64,000 nt of DNA from Chrysomallon squamiferum (Eukaryota; Animalia; Mollusca), in assembly GCA_012295275.1 (NCBI GenBank), contig CM022672.1:9176001-9240000 (forward strand). The letters are read 5' to 3'. Position numbers and translations under genes: made by a program. How positions within the stretch are numbered: position 1 is the stretch's first letter; each line of letters opens with the position of its first letter. Shown piece by piece: positions 47,594 through 59,534 of this stretch. Below the pieces are notes generated by a model. The model was given only the letters and a program-made list of their open reading frames with translations, was not told where the DNA came from and made no database searches.

Positions 47594-47820
47594 ATTCGGG
47601 GCGCAAAGCGAGACTTCTGAAATGGGTTCAGAGAATGACGGACGGTGCTAACATTGACAACTTTACGGACAGCTGGCACGACGGGATTGCTGTTTGCTCC
47701 CTCATGGAGGCGGTGTCGCCGGGGTCGTGTCCACAGTTGCAGCAGTTGAAAGCAGAATACAGCAAAAGTAACTGTCAACTCGGACTGAAGGCGGCACAGA
47801 AATATCTTTTTCTGAAAAAA
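47594..47820 (+). CDS. Filamin-like gene, calponin-homology (filamin CH2-type) exon
   Basis: SGRKARLLKWVQRMTDGANIDNFTDSWHDGIAVCSLMEAVSPGSCP...AAQKYL matches the filamin CH2 pattern ([33 protein letters not shown]). Donor AAA|GTATTC, phase 0. The acceptor could alternatively be 47541 or 47561. Confidence 0.85.
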
Positions 47821-47841
47821 GTATTCTTTTCTCTCTGAAAA

Positions 47842-47947
<106 letters not shown>

Positions 47948-48686
47948 GTTTATATACATACACAAAAAGAAAAGGATATAGAAATAGACAGACAAACATA
48001 TATGTTTATGTATGACGTAGATTTGCCTGGTTCTTTGTGTGGCCTCATAGGCATATACATTTCTGTATGTGTGTACATGTGTGTGTGTGCTTGCATTCTT
48101 CTATGTACTTCTGCATGATATTTAAAAATTGTCACTATAGGGACAGTTTAATTGTAATAATTTAAACCTGTTCTTATAATGATACTGTTCATGCAGTTTC
48201 TAAGCCTATTCTATCTATATGTTTGTTGCTGTAAACAGACATGCATACTAATATCATGATGATTTAAAACTAAATTAATTTAGTTGGAAAATCAATCCGG
48301 AAAGATAGTAAAAACATTTGAAACCTTGAAAGTACATAAACAGCTTGTTTGCAAAGATAATATTTCTTCCCTGATCAATATGCTGTATTAACTGAATAAT
48401 GAATAGATATTATATAAATAACGAAAGCACGCACAGGTTGGTAAAAACAAACGAGCCAGCTGAAAGCTTTCGCTCTAATAACATAAACAACGTGAATGAT
48501 TATCTCAGGAGGGACATTACAATACAAATGATGAAACAAAAGTCACCCTTTCATTAACGAACAGAACAGCGAATGGAAGAGCGGACAGAGATATTCATGT
48601 GTTTGTGATTGTAGATGTAAATTTAAACATATAGTATGCACACTGTCGTATAGACGAACACTGCCTATTCACAGATGTATATACAT

Positions 48687-48828
<142 letters not shown>

Positions 48829-48994
48829 AATATTTGTTACATTACATATATTTATTTATGTTGTATTGATTTTACTACTCGACGGGCAACACATCTAATC
48901 ATTAGATTGCACAATATTTTAATATCAGTAACAGTTATGCTCTCAAAACCAGTGTGGTATGACAGTTTACGTATATAATTAATGTCTTTGACAG

Positions 48995-49241
48995 ATCTTT
49001 ATTACTCCAGAGATAATGGCTACAGCTAATCCGGAAACAGAGAAATATGTTCTGCATCTGGTACAACTGATAAAATGGCGTCATCAACGTTGCAGTTCTG
49101 CCCCTACAACGACGCTTGTGAAAAGGTCGTTATCGCCCAGAGAACAGACAAGACGTAACGTGTACGAGGCTAGGGGACGTGGACTCAGTACTGCTATAAT
49201 AGGGAGGAGAGCCACATTTACAGTGTTTACTGAAAACAGTG
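48995..49241 (+). CDS. Filamin-like gene, exon with end of CH domain and start of first filamin Ig repeat
   Basis: Acceptor ctttgacag|ATC. IFITPEIMATANPETEKYVLHLVQL resembles filamin VITPEEI..DEHSVMTYLSQF, and YEARGRGLSTAIIGRRATFTVFT is a filamin repeat start. Donor AGTG|GTTAGT, phase 1. Confidence 0.85.
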
Positions 49242-49895
49242 GTTAGTGAGTTATTTTAATAACAAACTGAAAGTAGAGGTGGGTGATTTCACAGTTAGTA
49301 ACAAAGTGAAAATAGTGGGGTGATTTCATAGAAACAAAGTGAAAATAGCTTTGCGTGATTTCACAGTAACAAAATTAAATAGCGGTGGGTGATTTCACAG
49401 TAACAAAATTATAATAGTGGTTGATTATTTCATAGTTTGCAAGAAGCTTATAAGAGTGTCAATAAATATGATAATTAGCTTGTAATCAACTGAAAATAGT
49501 GTGATTTTATAGTTTGTAATTAGCTGGAATAATTAGAGTTTATTAACTGAAAGTAGTTGTTAGTAATTTCATAATTCGTTTGTCGGAAGGTGAAAACAGT
49601 GATTATTGATTCCATAGTCAGCTTTTAACAAGCTGATGATTTTTTTCGTAGTTTCTTAGTTTGTAATAAACTGAAAATTATAGTGACATCATAGTTATTT
49701 TGTGACCAACTGAAAAAAATGGATAATCATTTAATATTTAAGCTTAACAAAATGAAACTACCGATCAGTGGTTTCATATTGTGTAATAAACTGAAGAGAG
49801 TTAATAGTAAATTCATATTTGGTTTGTAAGAAAGTGAAATGGCTGTTGGCAATGTCCTAGTCTGAAAAGAGTGGTTGGTGGTTTCATGGTTTACA
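49229..49895 (+). repeat. Degenerate minisatellite (unit about 35-39 bp) beginning at the exon/intron junction
   Basis: Consensus approximately AACTGAAAAYAGTGGTTAGTGATTTCATAGTTTGTAAYA; the first unit overlaps the exon end and donor. Confidence 0.7.
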
Positions 49896-50450
49896 ACAGA
49901 TTGGTTTAATATAATGTATCTCTTCCATATTACACACAGATCACCTGATGGATTTTGAATTATTCTTAGTTATTAAATATAACAGATCGTTCGTATTAAA
50001 ATATATGACATAAAATTTCAATATCTTTTAAAGTATAAAGATTCAGATTTTTCCCTCTTTACGTTAATTATAGATGATAAGTCTTTCCTAAAAATAAAAT
50101 ATTATAATAAAATTACAGGATCGTGTACGGAAATCGATATTTCCAGTTTGCGTGAAAGAAATTTTGAAAGACAAAGAAAATAAGGATTTATTTATATTTA
50201 CGTGCAAAGTGTCTTATGCTTACTCCATTTTGTTAATTTACTTTCCTTATTTATAAAGTAGTAGTACAGAATGGTATTTATATTTTCTGTTTGTAAAATT
50301 AGTAGATCACGTTTACCATTGTGTCAGCTTTGGAATAACTAAATACAAATATTTTTTTCTTTCATATATTTGTTTATGTACATCTTTATTATTTGTTTTC
50401 ATATTTTCATAATTTAATTTAAGTTCATTGCAATTTATTTATTTATTCAT

Positions 50451-50493
<43 letters not shown>

Positions 50494-50533
50494 TCATTAT
50501 GTACTTCATCTATCTATCGATCTAACTATTTAG

Positions 50534-52008
50534 ATTCTCTGGATCTCAATATCGAAATACGAGGACCAAATAATGAAATGAACTGTGAGACGATAACTAA
50601 AATTTCACCAGAGGGAATCAGCGCTTGCAGAATAAAACGTGATGACGCCAGAACATCAGTGGACAAAAACTCGTCATTCCATTACCTGAAGGATTCGCAC
50701 GGCAACACTGTGGTTCGACAGAGAAGCGTTGAAGAAGTGAACAGGAATATTATTCCTCTTGATTACAAGTTCATTGGCGAGAAGAGTTTTATCGTCGCCT
50801 ACGTCCCTCAGAGCATCGGCAACTACATCATAGACATCTTTTCTAACGGAGAGAGCATCGCGGGCAGTCCGTTTGAAGTGACAGTGACAAAGTGGTCGAG
50901 TTCGTGGAACAAGGTAACGAAGAAGAAACTCATGATGCTCGACTACGTGGAAGACAAATGCAACAATGGCGTCATGTTTAAAGAAAACGACTCTGAGCGC
51001 AGTGATCAGACTGAAAGGCCTAGAATGCTCAGACAGTACACAGTAACCAAGAGACGAGTTATTAAAAGAATGACTACGAAGAACGGGCAGGAAATCGTGA
51101 TAACAGATCAGAATGCTTCACCCGCGACATCAAGACGTAGCAGTGCTGATGTTACTGATCTGTGCGAACACAGCAACTGGTCTGGAAAACAGTCGTCGAA
51201 ATCCAGGTCAAAGAACGATCTGTCTGCTGTCAATCATCTAGCAGCAAGACCGTTTTCTCCAGACAACATGAGTCTGTGTAGCTTCAGTCGCAGAAGCAGC
51301 GGCGGCATGTCTGACAGTAACACCAGTTCGTCGACTGATCGACACGGTGACAACGACTACTGCGATTCAAACTTAACGCCTGTAGATCAGGCGGGGACAA
51401 ACAAACAAGGAGATCATAATAAACAGACAGGACAAGCAGAATCCCTAAATTTTAAAAGCGACAGAAAACCCCATACTTTAGTGAAATCTAACAGCTTGGA
51501 ATCAAGTTTTAAAGATAAAAATTCGCTTAGAAGAATGTTATCTGAAGAAATTTTTACAAAAGAAAGCGTGAAGAGTGACGACAGTAACACGGTTGGAAAC
51601 CCTCCGTGTTCAACTCTTAAAATACCCGACTTCGGACAGCACGCGGACTCGGAGCTTAATGTGAGGAAGAATCAAGATAATAAACACAAAAGGAGACAGC
51701 ATAGGTTATTTTCGTTTTCTGAAATTGCTGAAGAAAATAAAGAAAACATCACAGGAACTGCTCAGATCAAAGCAAAATTATCACAGCAGAACGAAGGAAA
51801 TTTTAAGCTTTCTTCTAGTGAAATCAGTAAAACTGCGGGAACTCTGGTAGTTCTGCGAGATAATAAAGAGGTAGTAAATGAAAGGAGATCGCCACGAGCC
51901 TTGGACTTTACAAATTTAATTAAAAAAAGGTTGAGTCTCGGAGATCATGACTTCAAAACGAAATCTGATAAATCGACTCAAGTTACATCCGAAGAAATAA
52001 AAATCTGA
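50534..52008 (+). CDS. Filamin-like gene, giant exon part 1 (rest of Ig repeat 1 plus Ser/Lys/Asp-rich linker), ends at TGA
   Basis: Acceptor tatttag|AT, phase 1. LDLNIEIRGP...FIVAYVPQSIGNYIIDIFSNGESIAGSPFEVTV is a filamin repeat. The frame is open for about 490 codons. Confidence 0.85.
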
Positions 52009-53437
52009 AACAAACTGGGACAGACGTTTAGTAAGACGGAGAAGAAGAATCCCCTGCTCATCAGAAGAAGACAAGGCAATGAAAATTAAGGAATACAGAC
52101 TTAAACATGCTCTAAAGAACACGAAATACCCGGTTAACGCAATACTATATTCACAACTTGAAGGACACGATATTAGTAAACATCCACATTACCGTGTTCA
52201 TGATTGGCTTCAAAATCATTCACAAAGGCGACATGTGAGATCAACAAAACAGTCAACAACTGACAGTGGAATTTCAGAGGAAGGGACAACAATTAGCCGA
52301 AAGACAGAAAACGATACGGAACTTTCTCCAATTAAATCTGGTCACGAGAAACAACATGAAGCAGATATCGTCGATCGTAGATTGCAGAAGAAACAGAATT
52401 CCGTGGATTCAGAAAACCAAGGCAGTGTAGAAACTAGCAAAAACGAAACTTGTACTAGTAGCCTTGGCAGGATGACATCTGCTTCAGACTCTGAAATTCT
52501 TTGTGCACCGTCCATTCTCAAACACAAAAGAAAACTGTTCGCCAGGACAAAGGAAAGTCGTCAGTATTCTCGCATTGAGGACTGCGAAGTTGCAAACGGA
52601 ATACAAATAAATGCAAACAAGCCGAGAGCTGTACATTCTTATCTTGAACGAAAACCCAGAAGCAACAGAATCAAAGCTCATAGTATTCCTGACAATCTGA
52701 CTGAAACTTCCGAAGAATATACTGAAAGACAAAACCAAAAGAATCTGTCTTATGGATCCGATTCCGCTGCATTCAAAGCAGACATTACAGTTAACACGAA
52801 ACGAGAGTTACATTCGTATTACAGTCGAGACAGTAAAAATAATGTTACGTCGCCTTTAAATAACACGGACAACATGAAGAAAACCGAGAGTTACCCAAGC
52901 AGTAAGATAGTAACAGAAATTCCGGAGAAAGATATTTCGGAGAAGCCGAAGATGACGTCATTGTCTATCATTGAGGTACCGTACGAAGTGTTTGGTGTTG
53001 AGAACCAGAAAAGAAGTGACCTCCTCAATGAAATAAAAGCTTTTGAAAATCTGGCTTCTTTAGAGAAGAGCGCATATATAGATAAAGAAACTAAAGACAG
53101 AACTGCATTAGTCGGAGAAAATCGGAAATCTAATACGGCACTGCAAGACATAAAAGAAACCAAAGAAGAAAATATAATCCTCGATCTCGAACATAAAACA
53201 GGTAAAGACAAATATTTTCCAAAAAGGAAAGAATCGGAATATCGAGCATCAGTTTTCAGATTTGGTAGAGATTTTTCCCTGGACACAGACTCGAGTTTCG
53301 CAGACGATCTACTGGACAGTGTCCACGGATGTGCTACTGAGGACGATTACTGGGGCAGTTCCGAGGTTACTGAAAGCTGCATCGCCACTGGAACAGGCAT
53401 AAAGTACGGATATGTCGGAATACAGAACAACTTTCAG
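52001..53437 (+). CDS. Filamin-like gene, giant exon part 2 (+1 frame; linker plus start of C-terminal filamin repeat)
   Basis: The frame is open from 52001 (after TAA 51998-52000) to donor TTTCAG|GTATAG, phase 0. It ends CIATGTGIKYGYVGIQNNFQ, a filamin repeat start. Confidence 0.8.
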
Positions 53438-53446
53438 GTATAGAGT

Positions 53447-53520
<74 letters not shown>

Positions 53521-53559
53521 AAGAAGAAGAATTAGTAATAATAATAACAACAACAACAA

Positions 53560-53594
<35 letters not shown>

Positions 53595-53608
53595 ATCATA
53601 TGTTTCAG

Positions 53609-53848
53609 GTGTGGGTGGATGATCCTGATGTAGGAAATCTGATGGTGGGAGTGCGTGGACCTCGACCTCACTGTGTCACAGAGACCTCTACCACATACAC
53701 GGGAGACAACTTGTACGAGATCACATACGCGGTAACTCTGCCTGGATTATACCTCGTGTTTGTGAAGTGGAACAACACTCCTATTAACAACAGTCCGTTC
53801 ATCGTCAAAGTGTCGTATGTTGATGACGCTTGCGTTGACGATGACTGA
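53609..53848 (+). CDS. Filamin-like gene, last exon: C-terminal filamin repeat (repeat-24/dimerisation type)
   Basis: Acceptor tgtttcag|GTG. GNLMVGVRGPRPHC...YEITYAVTLPGLYLVFVKWNNTPINNSPFIVKV parallels the vertebrate filamin last repeat (GNNMLLVGVHGPRTPC...VKWGDEHIPGSP). Stop TGA at 53846-53848. Confidence 0.9.
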   Translation: MWVDDPDVGNLMVGVRGPRPHCVTETSTTYTGDNLYEITYAVTLPGLYLVFVKWNNTPINNSPFIVKVSYVDDACVDDD

Positions 53849-53934
53849 AACTGGGACAGTTCGGGAACATTTTATATGACCTCTTGTTATTGTTGTTGTT
53901 TTTTTATTATTGTTTTGAAGAACACATAGTTAAT

Positions 53935-53968
53935 AATAAACAAAATTATGATTTTCAAAGTTAATAAA
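53935..53968 (+). terminator. Candidate polyadenylation signals (AATAAA x2) of the filamin-like gene
   Basis: AATAAA at 53935-53940 and 53963-53968, about 90-120 nt after the stop. Confidence 0.4.
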
Positions 53969-54473
53969 AACATAATATTACAATCTTACACAAACGAGAA
54001 ACGTGATAATTAAAAGCAAACTTGACAGTCTTGTTACGCTTGTTTTTATTTCTCTCTATTATCAGTTAAATTATATATTATATTTTTTATATTATTATTT
54101 CGTGTACGTAATCCATATCTGTAAATTACTCGTCTCGCTCTGTCTCAGTAATTAATTCTGATTCCATCTCATATTTCACTGTCTTTTATTCTATCTCTGT
54201 GTGTCTGTCTGGCACTCTGTCTCTCTGTCTGTCTCTCGCTCTTTCTCAGACACTCATTCTTTTACTCACGACGAGACTTTTTTCTATCTGTCTTTCATAC
54301 TTTTTCTCTTTCTCATTCTTTCTAACTTCCTATACATTTTTTTCCCTTTATGTGTATTTCTCTGTCTCTGTATTTTATTTTGTGACTGTATTTGTGTCTT
54401 TACCCTGACGATTTCTATGATTTATTTAGCCCATTTCTCGTTTCTTTTAATTTCACTGTCTCTCTCCCTCCCT

Positions 54474-54551
<78 letters not shown>

Positions 54552-55398
54552 GCTGATTCTGCATTTCTTTCTCTCTGTCTTCCACTCTACTGTCTAACGT
54601 TTGCATCCATCACATATTTTATCATTCTCACATATTAGTTTCCCACCCACTCTCTCCACCTTTCCCTGTTTACCAGGTAAATCATTTATCAACGTAATTA
54701 GTTGATTTAAGTTATTAATTTCATGGCACAAATACGACCAAATCTTATTTCTTTCTCGCCAGACAGCAAATTTGTTATGATTAACATTTCAGCCTGATTT
54801 GTTTCTTATAAATCTTTGGTTATTAATAAAATATCTGCGATGACTAAAACGGAACAGAAGTCAGACAAAATGTCAGACATTGAATTAGGTTCGCAAAGTC
54901 TCAGGATTCTTTGTAAAAATATTTCTTCAGTGAATTGGTACGTACAGTGCATTATTTTATTAGCCGTTAAAAGGTTGAGACAATCTTAATTTTTATTATC
55001 GAGGAAGTGGAAATGGCGACAACAAAATTATTCGCGAGACACTAAACTTTCTTGGACATGTACACGTGAACGTAACAGGCTGAGTCGTCGTTTTACGTTA
55101 GGAAGACGCTCGTTTCTGTTTTATCAATTGAAAACATATAAATGTATGAGTATACTGCGCAGTAATATTTATTTCTTTGCTTGTTTAAAATATCAATTTA
55201 TTGTTACTTTTGCTGTTGCTGTTTTAAAACTGAGTTTTAATTCTTCTTATCATCATAACCGTCATGTGTATTGTTTATTTAATTATTTATTATTTTAATT
55301 ATTGTTTCTTCTTCTTCTTCTTCTTCTTCTTATTTTTATTATTAATACTGTTATTTCATTAAAATCTTAGAATGGTCAGTTCAGCATACACTCATAAA

Positions 55399-55466
<68 letters not shown>

Positions 55467-55921
55467 AAACTACCTACAGATTGAACTGTAATGTAGCCCA
55501 GTTAGGCACCCACTCATACACTATACACACCTCCAGTTTCTATTTCTACACAATTGTGCGACTATTTTGCAACCAGTATAATTATTTTTAGATAGAAATA
55601 TTCAACTGCCAGAGACCAAATGCAAACGTTTGTTCTACAGTATGCACTGACAAACAGAAGTTGGGCATTGAGAATATATCGTATTTGTCTTAAAGGAATA
55701 CTGAGGATAAATATTGCAGAGGTTCTGTATATTTTTACCATCTATTAAATATGCATTAATTTCTTACGGTCATGCTAATTATTAGTTACATATACGTTAC
55801 ATTTACTATTAATGTTATTGTTATTATTAGTGTTCCACTTTGGAAACCACAGAGGAGAAAAAGAGAGAGAGAAAGAAAGAGAGACAGAGACAGAGAGAGG
55901 GAGAGAGAGAGAAAGAGAGAC

Positions 55922-55998
<77 letters not shown>

Positions 55999-58020
55999 AT
56001 ATAACAGAGAGAGTGAGAAAAAGGTGTTAATAAATTTGATCTCGTTGCCTAAAACTAATACTTTAAATATTACATAGCTTACACTTCAAACTAAATCAAT
56101 TTAACAATAGGCGCACCAACAATTTAGGATAGACTGGATCTATATAGAGCAAAAATGAGACATTGCTCATTTAAAGAAAATATAATATTACATTTATTTC
56201 AGCCAATAATTCTCTATATCATTAGGTTACGCCCAGTTAAAGATAGTGTCCTAGAGCTGATTTATGAAAGTTTCTGGTAAGTACAATCCTGTCAGTACGA
56301 AAGTGCATACAGATATTGTCTATTAGCTTCCATTTCTTGTATCATCACAACCCCAAAACATCTAATTTATCGTAAAATTTAATTAATATAAATTCATTGA
56401 TTCCCTGAACGCAATTTGTTATTTTTAATACAGATGGGAAATGGCTTCTTTTACTACAACGTCGTATCAAAATGTTAATCAGTTAATGGATCTGCGTTAT
56501 TATGTTATCTGCTCCCAACAACAAGTTCGAGATGACATTCTCGTCTGAGAATTTGGAACATTTAGATATACAGAATAGACATCAAAGACTTGATGTACGA
56601 GACCTGAGGCCTCGTTTGAACGCAGAAAGCTGAACCACTTCGCGTCGCTCATTGTTGTTCTGTGGACCACCAGACTACAGGCTAATTCCTAATATCGTAA
56701 TGTGTGGCGAGAGATCGCGTGAGGTGATGTTAATGGGCTCTCAGGGATTTGCTAACCTTACAAGCTGTTCTCGGTTGGTTTTACTATCAGTCGTATAATT
56801 GAATCAGTCTACGTATATATAGATACACTTGTGTCAGTGTGCTAACCGTTTTCTTGTGTCAGTAGTAATGACATTGACTGATTAAGTTTTTCGAGAATTT
56901 CTGATCACGCTTATGCATATCCACGCATGCTAAAGTTCTATCTCTCTTGTTTTTGTATCTTCATTCTTTGTCTGCTTGCCTTGAATTTCCATTGCTACTT
57001 TATTTTTGTTTTTCTGCTCGATGTGTCTCTTTGTCTGTATCTCGATGTAATTTGTCTGTCTCTCAAGTTCGTATAGTTGTCAGTCATCTCTACATACTTA
57101 TGTTTGTGTCTAACTGTAGATATGTTTGTTTATATACTTGTTTGTCTGTCTGTCTGTCTATCTATGTCTGTATCTATCTATCTATCTGTCTGTCTGTTTG
57201 TCTCTCTGTCTCTGTATGTATCCATCTATCCATCCATCCATCTGTCTATCTATCTATATATCGGTCTGTCTATCTATGTATCTATCTCTCTGTCTGTCTG
57301 TCTGTTTGTCTGCTTGTATGTCTCATTATCTAACCATCAAATTTCTATTTGTTTTTCATTCTTTGTTTATCCGTTTGGCTATTTCTCCGTATGTCCGTCT
57401 TGTCTATAGTTTATTTATGCATACCCCAATCTGTGTAATTTTATAATTCAAAATATGTTTTGAACCCATATAAAACTGATTTATCTTACACTAGAAATGT
57501 TTCCAGACATACTAATTAAGCGCGATTACCTATCTCTCAATACGACATCCCTGACCATGTCAGTCCTGTTAACCTGGAACTGTTTGATGTTGAAATGTTC
57601 ATCACAGCCGAGTTTTCCGATCAATCGTAGTAGCTATTTGTAAAAATCCTCACCATCCATCATTCTTAGTTGAAGTCTATCACTGAGCTCTTTTGAGCCT
57701 ACTGAAGACATTTTTGTCAAGCGCTGTTCAAACAGAAAAGGTTTTTCCTTTATTTTTTTTTATTTTTTTTTTCGTTCATTTCTTTCTTTCTCATTTCTTT
57801 TTTTTTTCCTAATCCAGCCGATTTATTTTATAGACGAATTTGACAGGATCAGCGCTAAGAACTGTTTGGTCGTTTGTCATGAAATAAGTTCAAAACAGAG
57901 ATCATTGTGTTACTTTTACTAGCTACTTAGGAAAAGGAATGAAATTAAAATGTTTTTGAACTTATACTTTTTTAAAAATGATGTTGTATTACACACACAC
58001 ACACACAAATAATATATATA

Positions 58021-58056
<36 letters not shown>

Positions 58057-58196
58057 TGTACGTACGTACTTATGTAATTTAATGCATGTACATACGCACT
58101 ACGTATATGTATGCATGAATGTATGTTCGAATGCACATATGTATGCATATAACGTATAAGAATTATGTAGGTTTATATACAATGTATGAATGTACG

Positions 58197-58234
<38 letters not shown>

Positions 58235-59154
58235 GAATTATAATAATAATGACGACAATAACGATCGTACGAAACAACAGCAACAACAACATCAACATGT
58301 CCTCCAGACTCGGGAACAAACTGTGGGCGTGTTTGGTCTGTTCTGGACACATCTTGGACAGATGAAATATTTCTCACGTCTGTACGACTATCAGACACAA
58401 GTGCTGATCATCAATCTGTCACTTTGTCGTGTTATCTGTCGCTGATATGGGCTTCGATGAAGCATTGGAATTTTCAGCCGCGAATGATCGATTTTCTCGG
58501 CAGTCTTTTCCTCGGTGTCTTAGTCTGGCCGCTTATGTTTATGCATATCTTTAGTCCCGTACACGTTCTCTTCCGAGAAAACCAGACAGACAGAAAATAT
58601 TGATATGACAGAATGGACGGATTGAAGTACGGACGGATGGGTGGATGGATGGATGGATGAATGAATGGATGGATGCATGAATGGATGGACGGATGGATGA
58701 ATGAATGGATGGACGAATGAATGATGAATAAACGGATTGATGGATGGATGGATGGATGGATAAATGACTAGATAGATAAATCGCTAGATAGATATTTATT
58801 TATATATTTCCTGGAAAGAATGCATTCCGTTGTTGATAATATTACTGAGCAATAATCTGATCGGGAAGTTACTCCACGGCTGATGTATGTATGTATATAA
58901 ATATATATTTGTATTTAGGTTTTGAGAATATTTTTTCTTTCTTTTGTTTTGCTTTTCTTCTTAATTATTTTTTCTTTTAGGCTGTGTGTATCTGGATCTA
59001 TTTCAGTTTTTTTATCTCTCTAATTTCTGTGACGGCTTACCTTAATATTTGCATCTTAACCCCAATTAAATAACAAAATATATACTTTTATAATCACGTT
59101 TTTCCTTCCATTCTACTTTTTTTCTTTTCTTTCTACTAAGTAGTTTTGTTTTTA

Positions 59155-59199
<45 letters not shown>

Positions 59200-59534
59200 T
59201 TTTTTTTTTTATTATTATTATTTTTTTAAATATAAGAAGAAAAATATCCCACTAGATTTCAGTTTGAATATTTTAAATTAACATGTATTTAGCCAGTCAG
59301 TTTGTAGTTGAATAATTACATTACAGGCTACTCATTTATTTATATTCGCTGTGTAATTTGAAACATTTCTCTTTCGTGCGGCAAAATGTAATACTAGATG
59401 GAACCAGGTAAAACAAAATTAATTAGATTAAATGTGTTCAGAAATGACTTCGTTACTTATTTATCTTCAGTTTTGTCTGTTTGTCGTTTCAACTGTATGT
59501 TCGATTTAGTGGATATTGATATTTAGTATATATA

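Noticed and set aside
52006-52064. TGA readthrough plus a 34-nt GTAAGA...CAG intron (52031-52064) that would also restore the frame
   Set aside because: Needs two rare events and an implausibly short intron; readthrough alone meets TAA 26 codons later.
55490-55520. A-box-like TAGCCCAGTTAGG suggesting a tRNA or SINE
   Set aside because: No B box or cloverleaf follows.
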